Shown here: positions 57,333 to 64,000 of the stretch, in pieces
Numbering within the stretch: the first letter of the stretch is position 1
How the letters are laid out: each line of letters begins with the position of its first letter
DNA from: an uncultured Candidatus Saccharibacteria bacterium
GTDB taxonomy: Bacteria; Patescibacteriota; Minisyncoccia; Phycocordibacterales; JACNGX01
Assembly (NCBI GenBank): GCA_964621395.1
Contig: CAZULS010000001.1
Span: 135,920-199,919, forward strand
Length of the DNA stretch: 64,000 bases
Direction: 5' to 3'
Made by a program: the position numbers and the translations under genes
The notes under the pieces: generated by a model
Database searches by the model: none
What the model was told of the DNA's origin: nothing
What the model saw: only the letters and a program-made list of their open reading frames with translations

Positions 57333-58436
57333 ATGACCGACGACCCTTCCCCTAGTGCACGCTTCATGTTCGCCCTCTATGGCGGGCTTATTGTTCTTTT
57401 TGGCATTCTCTTCTCTGTTGATACCAACATCGCCCTTGTTGCACTTCTCGTGCTGTTTTCGGGACTTTTTTCCGGTCTTACCATTGGTATTCTCGGGCTT
57501 TCTCCCGAAGATCTCAAAATTGAAGCCGATTTGGGCTCGCGCTTGGCAAAGAAGATTCTTCCGGTGCGGCAGAAGGGGAATCTCATTCTCTCCACATTGC
57601 TCGTCTCCAATGTTATCGTCAACTCCGTTCTCTCTATTTTTCTTTCCGACGTCGCTTCAGGTGTTATCGGCGGTATTATCGCCATTGCGCTCATTACCGT
57701 CTTCGGTGAAATTTTGCCGCAATCAATCGCAATCAAGCATGGTCTTAAAATGGGATATATGTCGCTGCCGCTTTTGTATGTGGTGATGACCGTGCTGTAT
57801 CCGATTACTCGCCCTGTGGCATGGGCGCTCGACAAAGCAATCGGTAAGGAATTGCCGGCAATCTATTCCAAGCGCAAACTCTCAAAGATTCTTGAGCACG
57901 TGGAGGACCAGGGAATTATCGATGAAGATGAAGAACAGATTCTTCTCGGCGGCGTGTCGTTTTCGGAGAAATATGTTGGCGATGTAATGACACCAATCGA
58001 CAAGGTCTTTCTCTTGCCCGACACCACACTTCTTTCGGGAGAAAAACTTCGGGAAATATATGAAAGCGGACACTCACGTATCCCTATCTACGATGAAAAT
58101 ATTCACGATATTGTCGGTATGTTGTATGTGAAGAAGCTTATTGCCATTAATCCCGACGACAATACACCGGTTGTAGATGTGATGAGTGACGATGTGCCCA
58201 AGGTGATGGCGAGCGAGCATCTCGATGCGGTTTTGAATAAGTTTAAGCTCAAAAAGAAGCACCTGTTTGCGGTGTATGCCACCGATTCCGACGCCGCCGG
58301 CATCATCACGCTCGAAGACATTATGGAAGAAATCCTCCAAGACGAGATTGTAGACGAGACGGATTTTAAGGAACGAGTTGAGAGTAAAAGAGGGAAGAGT
58401 CGAGAGCGTGGTTATTCGAGTACAGTGAAGAAATAG
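57333..58436 (+). CDS. CNNM/CorC-family transporter (DUF21 transmembrane domain + CBS pair), inserted between rplB and rpsS
   Basis: 367 aa; four N-terminal TM helices (DUF21), then CBS pair (DVMTPIDKVFLL ... IVGMLYVKKL ... AGIITLEDIMEEIL); TAATCTCCTAC motif upstream. Confidence 0.8.
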   Translation: MTDDPSPSARFMFALYGGLIVLFGILFSVDTNIALVALLVLFSGLFSGLTIGILGLSPEDLKIEADLGSRLAKKILPVRQKGNLILSTLLVSNVIVNSVLSIFLSDVASGVIGGIIAIALITVFGEILPQSIAIKHGLKMGYMSLPLLYVVMTVLYPITRPVAWALDKAIGKELPAIYSKRKLSKILEHVEDQGIIDEDEEQILLGGVSFSEKYVGDVMTPIDKVFLLPDTTLLSGEKLREIYESGHSRIPIYDENIHDIVGMLYVKKLIAINPDDNTPVVDVMSDDVPKVMASEHLDAVLNKFKLKKKHLFAVYATDSDAAGIITLEDIMEEILQDEIVDETDFKERVESKRGKSRERGYSSTVKK

Positions 58437-58547
58437 ACAAGTTTCGAGTATCGAGTATCGAGTTGCGAGAGTCGCGCGCTACCGCGCGCGACGATACAAA
58501 CTAAAAAACTCAAAAGCGCGACTTACGCCGCGCTTTTGGAATTGTAC

Positions 58548-58576
58548 TTGACACAAAATCCATATCGTGATAGCAT
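58548..58576 (+). promoter_or_regulatory. Near-consensus sigma70-type promoter TTGACA-N17-TAGCAT
   Basis: TTGACAcaaaatccatatcgtgaTAGCAT read directly, downstream of two terminator hairpins and approx 70 nt upstream of the 58647 mini-ORF and rpsS. Confidence 0.5.
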
Positions 58577-58646
58577 ACTATGCGTAGTGGTTATTTTGTA
58601 AAAGACGATCAAAATCGTTTATTCTATAAAAAGAAAACGAAAGAAA

Positions 58647-58856
58647 ATGAAAAACAGCGCTTTTGTGATCTGGATGATAGGGTACCCCATGTATCATATC
58701 CTCGCTGACTATCTCCATTTTCTTATGGAGAAGCCCATCGAAGATCCGACGAATTGGGGACTTGTCATTATTTTTGCATTTTGGGTTTTTGTCGGCTGGT
58801 TGGTTTATGAGCCGAAAGAAAGCAAGAAAGTCGAAAATAAAGAAAATGAGGACTGA
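58647..58856 (+). CDS. Hypothetical small membrane protein
   Basis: 69-aa ORF with two hydrophobic helices. Confidence 0.3.
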   Translation: MKNSAFVIWMIGYPMYHILADYLHFLMEKPIEDPTNWGLVIIFAFWVFVGWLVYEPKESKKVENKENED

Positions 58857-59086
58857 CCTGTTCTGTTTATCTTTATCCCAAAAAGCTGCCTTCCGGGGCA
58901 GCTTTTTATGTGGAATTGGTTTTTGTGTTTCGCGCGGCGTGATTCTTCATTCATAATTCTTAATTCTCAGCCGCGAATGGTTCTCTGCCGTGCTCGCACG
59001 GCAGAGAACCATTCGCGGCTGTTGACTTCTCCCCGGCTATCTGCTAGGATACTGCAACGAGTGTGTGCTCGACTTTTGTTTTATAT

Positions 59087-59425
59087 ATGACACGATCGCT
59101 GAAGAAAGGTCCGTATGTGGACGAAAAATTGCTCAAGAAAATCGCCGGAAAGAAGCCGGCGGATGTTGGCGTGATTACAACATGGGCACGCGCAAGCCAA
59201 ATTTCTCCGGAAATGGTAGGTTTCAAGTTTGGTGTGCACAATGGCCGTAAACACATTGAGGTGTTGATATCCGAAGACATGGTAGGACATCGTTTGGGTG
59301 AATTCTCCCCGACAAAGACCTTCCATCGTCACGGTGGTAAGATGCAGAAAGAGCTTGAGCAGAAGAAGAAAGAAGCGGAAATCGCTGCAGCAAAAGCCGC
59401 TAAGGCCGCTGCCGACAGTAAGTAG
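59087..59425 (+). CDS. rpsS: 30S ribosomal protein uS19 with K/A-rich C-terminal extension; stop codon TAG is the first triplet of a family-D MITE
   Basis: [19 protein letters not shown] ... [17 protein letters not shown] conserved; the track ORF starts 8 codons upstream. Confidence 0.9.
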   Translation: MTRSLKKGPYVDEKLLKKIAGKKPADVGVITTWARASQISPEMVGFKFGVHNGRKHIEVLISEDMVGHRLGEFSPTKTFHRHGGKMQKELEQKKKEAEIAAAKAAKAAADSK

Positions 59426-59620
59426 AACCTGTCTCACTGAAAAATATATGATAACCACAACTCTTCATTCATAAGCTGCGCTTGGCAGCTCTCGCACCCA
59501 CATTGCGGCTGTGCCTCGTCTCTCAACCTCACCGTACGACAGTACGCTTCGGTCTCCGAGACGTCGGCTCACTCGCAATGTGGGCACGAGAACAAGCCAT
59601 TTTCGGTGAGAAAGGTTCTA
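59423..59620. mobile_element. Family-D MITE between rpsS and rplV (TAGAACCTGTCTCACTGAAAAA ... CATTTTCGGTGAGAAAGGTTCTA)
   Basis: Internal sequence homologous to 23871-24069; the 5' TAG doubles as the rpsS stop. Confidence 0.7.
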
Positions 59621-59639
59621 ACACATTATCACGACTATT

Positions 59640-60110
59640 ATGGAAGCGTATCTCAAAAATTATCGTCAATCACCTCGAAAAGTGCGTTTGCTCGCTGATT
59701 TGGTGCGTGGAAAGAGCGTAGAACGTGCACTTTCTGAATTGTCGTTTATGCCGAAGCGCGCTGCTGGTCCTATGAAAAAGCTGATTGAGTCGGCTGTGGC
59801 TAATGCAGAGCACAATTTCAATGCGAAAAAGGAGGGTTTTGTCGTGAAGGAAATTACCGTTGATAGCGGTGTAACCTTGAAAAGATGGCGTCCGCGAGCA
59901 TTTGGTCGCGCATCGTCGATTCATAAGCATACAAGCAATGTCTTTGTTCGTCTTGCAGCTGCCGAGTCGGTAAAAGACGAGGATAAAAAGGCAGAGGCTC
60001 CCAAAAAAGCGAAGAAGCCTAAATCACAGCAAGCTGTGACCGGCCAAGAGAGCCTAAACCGTGCAAAAGGCACGGTCGGCCAAAAGGAGGCAGCTGCGGC
60101 AGCAGCGTAA
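59640..60110 (+). CDS. rplV: 50S ribosomal protein uL22 with C-terminal K/A-rich extension
   Basis: MEAYLKNYRQSPRKVRLLADLVRGKSVERAL ... conserved uL22. Confidence 0.9.
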   Translation: MEAYLKNYRQSPRKVRLLADLVRGKSVERALSELSFMPKRAAGPMKKLIESAVANAEHNFNAKKEGFVVKEITVDSGVTLKRWRPRAFGRASSIHKHTSNVFVRLAAAESVKDEDKKAEAPKKAKKPKSQQAVTGQESLNRAKGTVGQKEAAAAAA

Positions 60111-60170
60111 AGAGCCACGTAGCGGCGACCCTTAATCTCCTAATTTCCTAACTTACTAATCTCCTAACAT

Positions 60171-60872
60171 ATGTCTCATACCGTACATCCATATTCCCAT
60201 AGAGTTGGCGTTATCCGTGATTGGAAATCACGCTGGTTTGCGGGTGGCAAAGATTATGTTGATGCACTTCGTGGCGATGTACTCCTGCGCGAATACCTTG
60301 TGAAGCGTTTGCGTGGTATGTACGTATCGGGCATTGATATTGAACGTAATAAAAACGAAATGCGTGTGGTGATTCACACATCTCGCCCCGGTCTTATCAT
60401 CGGTCGTTCCGGTGAACACATGACCAAGCTTCGCGCTGAGGTTGATAAAGAAATGCGCCGTTTGCGCATCAAAAAGCCCGAATCTCTCAAGCTCGATGTG
60501 GAGGAAGTGCGCGTGCCGGAGGCTGATGCTGCTATTGTGGCGGCCATGATTGCCGAAGGTCTTGAGCGTCGCTTGCCGTTTCGTCGTGTGATGAAGCAGA
60601 CGATGGATAAAGTGATGGCAAATCGCGAAGTGAAAGGTGCACGTATTGTGCTCTCAGGGCGCTTAGGTGGTGCAGAAATGAGCCGTAAAGAAGAGCTTAA
60701 AAAGGGTGGTATTCCGCTTCAGACATTCCGCGCAGACATTGATTTTGCTCGCGAACGCGCGCACCTTCCCTACGGTGATCTCGGTATTAAGGTATGGATT
60801 TATCGCGGTGAAGTGTTTGCTGATGAAGCGAAAAAGAATGCGAAGAAGGATATTAAGGATTCTTCAAAATAA
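60171..60872 (+). CDS. rpsC: 30S ribosomal protein uS3
   Basis: KH and C-terminal domains conserved (GHTVHPYSHRVGV ... GRLGGAEMSR); two TAATCTCCTAA motifs upstream. Confidence 0.95.
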   Translation: MSHTVHPYSHRVGVIRDWKSRWFAGGKDYVDALRGDVLLREYLVKRLRGMYVSGIDIERNKNEMRVVIHTSRPGLIIGRSGEHMTKLRAEVDKEMRRLRIKKPESLKLDVEEVRVPEADAAIVAAMIAEGLERRLPFRRVMKQTMDKVMANREVKGARIVLSGRLGGAEMSRKEELKKGGIPLQTFRADIDFARERAHLPYGDLGIKVWIYRGEVFADEAKKNAKKDIKDSSK

Positions 60873-60884
60873 CCCCAAATCATT

Positions 60885-61310
60885 ATGTTGTTTCCGAAAA
60901 AAGTAAAATATCGCAAGTGGCAGACAAACCGCAAGCACCCTGAGAAACTCGCACGTCCTGATACGCGCGGTATTACCCTTGCCTTTGGTTCATTTGGTTT
61001 GAAGGCCGAGACTCAAGGTCGCATCACATCGAATCAGATTGAAGCGGCTCGTCGTGCACTCACTCGTTCTATCGGTAAAACAGGAAAGGTGTGGATTCGT
61101 ATTTTCCCTGATCGTCCGGTAACGGCAAAAGCAGCCGAAGTGGGAATGGGAAAGGGAAAAGGTGACCTCAAAGGATATGTGATGGAGGCACGTCCCGGAC
61201 GCATGCTCTTCGAGGTTGACGGAGTGACGGAAGAAGCAGCGCGCCTTGGCATGCACAAAGCGGGAGCGAAGCTTCCGGTGAAGACGAAGTTTATCATCCG
61301 CGAGCATTAA
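60885..61310 (+). CDS. rplP: 50S ribosomal protein uL16
   Basis: MLFPKKVKYRKWQ ... conserved uL16. Confidence 0.95.
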   Translation: MLFPKKVKYRKWQTNRKHPEKLARPDTRGITLAFGSFGLKAETQGRITSNQIEAARRALTRSIGKTGKVWIRIFPDRPVTAKAAEVGMGKGKGDLKGYVMEARPGRMLFEVDGVTEEAARLGMHKAGAKLPVKTKFIIREH

Positions 61311-61349
61311 ACTTGCAATTTCCTTATCGAAAGGTATACTTCCAAAATT

Positions 61350-61556
61350 ATGGCTCATTCCTTCGCACAAAAGAAAACAGCAGAGCTCAAAGCTCTTCTT
61401 CTGGAAAAGAAAGAGGCATTGCGTGCCAACCGTTTTGATATTGCCGGAAGTAAAGGTTCCAATGTGAAAGAGAATCGCAATCTCCGTAAGGATATTGCAC
61501 GCATTGAAACGGTTCTCGCTTCACAAAAAAGCGAAGAAGAGGTAACCACACAATAA
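61350..61556 (+). CDS. rpmC: 50S ribosomal protein uL29
   Basis: 68 aa; ELKALLLEKKEALRANRFDIA pattern. Confidence 0.85.
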   Translation: MAHSFAQKKTAELKALLLEKKEALRANRFDIAGSKGSNVKENRNLRKDIARIETVLASQKSEEEVTTQ

Positions 61557-61565
61557 TATTTTCAT

Positions 61566-61811
61566 ATGGCAGATACTACACAAAAAATAATCAAGCGCCT
61601 GGAGGGAACTGTTGTTTCAGATGCAATGGACAAGACAGTGACCGTTCTCGTGGACCGCTTTGTAAAGCACCCGAAATACGGCAAGTTTTACACGCGTTCG
61701 AAGAAGTACAAGGCACATGACCCGGAGAATGCTCATAAGAAAGGGGATCGTGTGACCATCGAATCGTGTCGCCCGATTTCAAAAGACAAAGCATTCCGCG
61801 TCGTTGAGTAA
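61566..61811 (+). CDS. rpsQ: 30S ribosomal protein uS17
   Basis: [44 protein letters not shown] ... [16 protein letters not shown]. Confidence 0.9.
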   Translation: MADTTQKIIKRLEGTVVSDAMDKTVTVLVDRFVKHPKYGKFYTRSKKYKAHDPENAHKKGDRVTIESCRPISKDKAFRVVE

Positions 61812-61966
61812 ATTACGAATTACGAATAACGCGAATATACGAATACACAATACAGTTTCTGAGAACAATTATCCTGTCATTCATACAAAAGCGGAGATCC
61901 CGCATCACCCACGCCCCAGTTTTCAAGAAAGAGGAAAACTGAGCGGGGCAAGAGTGCGGGATGACA
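61812..61966. mobile_element. Family-B left half (AATTACGAATTACGAATAACGCGAATATACGAATACACAAT) + family-A hairpin (TGTCATTC ... GTGCGGGATGACAG) inserted between rpsQ and rplN
   Basis: Read directly; followed by AAGCTCAAAGCTATAAGCTAT motif (61997-62025). Confidence 0.6.
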
Positions 61967-62034
61967 GAGGACAGAAGGAGAGCCGCGTAGCGGCGATTCC
62001 TAAAAGCTCAAAGCTATAAGCTATTACCCAAACC

Positions 62035-62406
62035 ATGATTCAGCCTGAAACACAAGTAAAGATTGCCGACAACTCCGGTGCAAAGATCGGAAAAGTCTTC
62101 AAGATTCTCGGCGGAACACGTCGAAGATATGCACGCATTGGTGATGTGGTGATTTTGTCGGTGAAATCGGCTGAGCCGCGCAAGGCGGTGAAGAAGAAAG
62201 ATGTGGTACAGGCCGTGGTGGTGCGTCAGCGTCAGCCGCTCCGACGCAAAGACGGTTCATACATTCGCTTCGACGAGAACGCGGTTGTGATTCTCGAAAA
62301 AGGAAAGCAAGAGCCGAAAGGAGGTCGTGTGTTTGGTCCGATTCCGCGTGAACTCGCAGAGCGTGGCTATCAGAAGATTATTTCTCTCGCACCCGAGGTG
62401 CTTTAA
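62035..62406 (+). CDS. rplN: 50S ribosomal protein uL14
   Basis: [27 protein letters not shown] conserved. Confidence 0.95.
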   Translation: MIQPETQVKIADNSGAKIGKVFKILGGTRRRYARIGDVVILSVKSAEPRKAVKKKDVVQAVVVRQRQPLRRKDGSYIRFDENAVVILEKGKQEPKGGRVFGPIPRELAERGYQKIISLAPEVL

Positions 62407-62408
62407 AT

Positions 62409-62714
62409 ATGAAAATCAAGAAAGGAGATACCATTGTAGTGATTGCCGGTGCCGATAAAGGAAAGGAAGGAAAGGTGGCCGAAGCACTCCCCGCGCAGAG
62501 TCGTGTGGTTGTTGATGGTGTGAATATGCGCAAGCGCCACAGCAAGGCGCGAAAGAGTGGCGAAAAGGGTCAGATTGTTGAATATGCTGCGCCGCTTCAT
62601 GTGTCCAATGTGGCGCTCAAGGATCCGAAGACTGGAAAGCCGACACGCACGGGTGTGAAGATGGAAGGGAAGAAGAAAGTGCGTATTGCGCGAAAGAGCG
62701 GTAGCACAGTTTAA
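62409..62714 (+). CDS. rplX: 50S ribosomal protein uL24
   Basis: MKIKKGDTIVVIAGADKGKEGKV KOW motif. Confidence 0.9.
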   Translation: MKIKKGDTIVVIAGADKGKEGKVAEALPAQSRVVVDGVNMRKRHSKARKSGEKGQIVEYAAPLHVSNVALKDPKTGKPTRTGVKMEGKKKVRIARKSGSTV

Positions 62715-62910
62715 TTCAAGAACCTCTCTCAGTAAAAATGGCTTACGTCCGTGCTCTCCGTTCGAGCGAGACGCCGGCGCGGAGTACGAAGCATACTGAG
62801 ATATGGTGAGGACGAGCGACAAGTCGCAGCCGAATGGAGAGTGCGGAAGTTGCCAAGTTATTGAATATCATTTTATTATTACGTTTTTTACTGAGATAGG
62901 TTCTGATACT

Positions 62911-63456
62911 ATGGAAACGATTGCAGACAAATTGAAGAGTACACGTGAAGCGCTCGGCGAGCGTTTTGGATACACAAATATGTTTCAGGCACCGCGCCTT
63001 GAGAAGATTGTTGTCTCAACCGGCGTTGGCTCCACTATCGATAAAGAGAAGCTCAAACTCGTACCTGAGCGTTTGGCACTCATTACCGGCCAGAAGCCGT
63101 CGGCACGCGCAGCAAAGAAGTCTATTGCGTCCTTTAAGGTGCGCGAAGGAAGTGTTGTTGGTCATAGTGTTACTCTTCGTGGCGCACGCATGCGCGGTTT
63201 CCTCGAGAAGCTCATTCACGTGGCGCTTCCGCGTACCCGCGACTTCGGTGGTATTTCGCCGAAAGCAATTGATGATATGGGCAACCTCACCATCGGCATC
63301 AAGGAACACACGATTTTCCCGGAAACATCCGATGAAGAATTGAAAAATGTCTTTGGCATGGCTATCACGCTCGTCTCCACGGCGAAAAACAAAGAAGAAG
63401 CACTCGCATTCTTCACCCACCTCGGTGTTCCGTTTAGAAAAGAGGAGAAAGCCTAA
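62911..63456 (+). CDS. rplE: 50S ribosomal protein uL5; terminal Ala-stop supplied by palindromic element
   Basis: 181 aa from METIADKLKSTREALGERFGYTNMFQAPRLEKIVVSTGVG; the track ORF is extended 36 codons upstream. The final codons GCC TAA begin the element GCCTAAAGCACAACAAGTCGTGCTCGGCCACGG. Confidence 0.9.
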   Translation: METIADKLKSTREALGERFGYTNMFQAPRLEKIVVSTGVGSTIDKEKLKLVPERLALITGQKPSARAAKKSIASFKVREGSVVGHSVTLRGARMRGFLEKLIHVALPRTRDFGGISPKAIDDMGNLTIGIKEHTIFPETSDEELKNVFGMAITLVSTAKNKEEALAFFTHLGVPFRKEEKA

Positions 63457-63483
63457 AGCACAACAAGTCGTGCTCGGCCACGG
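63451..63483 (+). repeat. 33-bp palindromic element overlapping the rplE stop; further copy at 63649-63680
   Basis: GCCTAAAGCAC-AACAAGT-CGTGCTCGGCCACGG; CCCAAAGCACAACAAGTCGCGCTCGGCCGCG. Confidence 0.7.
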
Positions 63484-63505
63484 TAAAGATTAGGAGATTA
63501 AACAT

Positions 63506-63538
63506 TAAAAAAGCGCGGGCATACGCCCGCGCTTTTTA
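63506..63538 (+). terminator. Terminator after rplE (AAAAAAGCGCGGGC-ATAC-GCCCGCGCTTTTT)
   Basis: Read directly; near-identical to the rpsG terminator stem. Confidence 0.6.
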
Positions 63539-63808
63539 CACTTTCACATACCGCGTCGCGCGACCGATTTCATAGGGGTAAAAATCGAATATATAACACT
63601 ATACTGTATATAACAGATTATGGTGGATTATAGCGGATAACGCAAGCAGCCCAAAGCACAACAAGTCGCGCTCGGCCGCGATAGAGATTAGGATAAAAAG
63701 AAATCCCGCCGAAGTTAAGCTTTGGCAATTCCGCCAAAGCTTAACTTCGGCGGGACACAACTTCTTCATGCTGTAAAGAATATGGAATATGGAAAAAACG
63801 CAAACCAC

Positions 63809-63886
63809 TGTCATTCCGCACTTGATGCGGAATCTTCATTGTTTTGTTTCTTTTTGTTAAGATTCTGAGTCGAGCTCAGAATGACA
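63809..63886. mobile_element. Family-A hairpin-ended MITE (TGTCATTCCGCACTTGATGCGGAATC ... GATTCTGAGTCGAGCTCAGAATGACA)
   Basis: Read directly. Confidence 0.65.
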
Positions 63887-64000
63887 GTTTTTTGGATCCA
63901 GGATGACGGAAATTTTTATGCTCGCGCTTTTGTATTGCAACAATGAACAATAAATAAACGACCGCTGGAATGCGGTCGTTTTTGGCGAAAAAAGAAAAGA

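Noticed and set aside
1-64000. CRISPR array
   Set aside because: The many repeats are dispersed singletons or pairs with heterogeneous spacing and internal palindromy (MITE/REP-like). There are no regularly spaced direct repeats with unique spacers and no cas genes.
1-64000. Alternative genetic code (for example UGA recoding)
   Set aside because: Long conserved genes (fusA, tuf, pilB, recJ, rny) are uninterrupted and terminate at conventional stops where alignment predicts. Standard code fits.

Overview
This window is a gene-dense, low-GC bacterial stretch with short intergenic regions. Features such as a trigger factor lacking its PPIase domain, split ComEC, ribosomal proteins with low-complexity tails, and pilin-fused cell-wall hydrolases suggest a small-genome Patescibacteria/CPR-like organism (inference). 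Gene order: MscS channel, S1 serine protease, tRNA-Gly with a small accessory islet (Panacea-domain antitoxin plus toxin candidate), HU, RNase Y, ClpP, trigger factor, two Cys-type alpha/beta hydrolases with a TetR regulator, a RelE/ParE toxin-antitoxin cassette, inorganic pyrophosphatase, NusA, and a type IV pilus cluster (PilB, PilC, three pilin-like proteins, two tandem paralogs fusing a VirB2/TrbC-like hairpin to a lytic transglycosylase or an M15-like peptidase). Then come tpiA-pgk, HIT, RecJ, RNase H, ComEC split in two ORFs, L28, an M50 protease, the str operon (rpsL-rpsG-fusA-tuf) and the S10/spc operon (rpsJ through rplE). Both ribosomal operons are interrupted by foreign-looking ORFs and an inserted CNNM/CorC gene. 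The most unusual property is saturation of almost every intergenic junction by at least five families of miniature inverted-repeat/hairpin elements. A sixth, short GC-rich palindromic family (consensus AGCCTAAA..CGAGC..GCTCG..CGGCC) sits in-frame inside tig and nusA and supplies the Ala-stop ends of recJ and rplE, analogous to Rickettsia palindromic elements. Two recurrent gene-proximal motifs are also noted: TAATCTCCTAA directly upstream of several start codons and ACGATAAAC upstream of terminators. Standard genetic code. No CRISPR array and no rRNA were seen.
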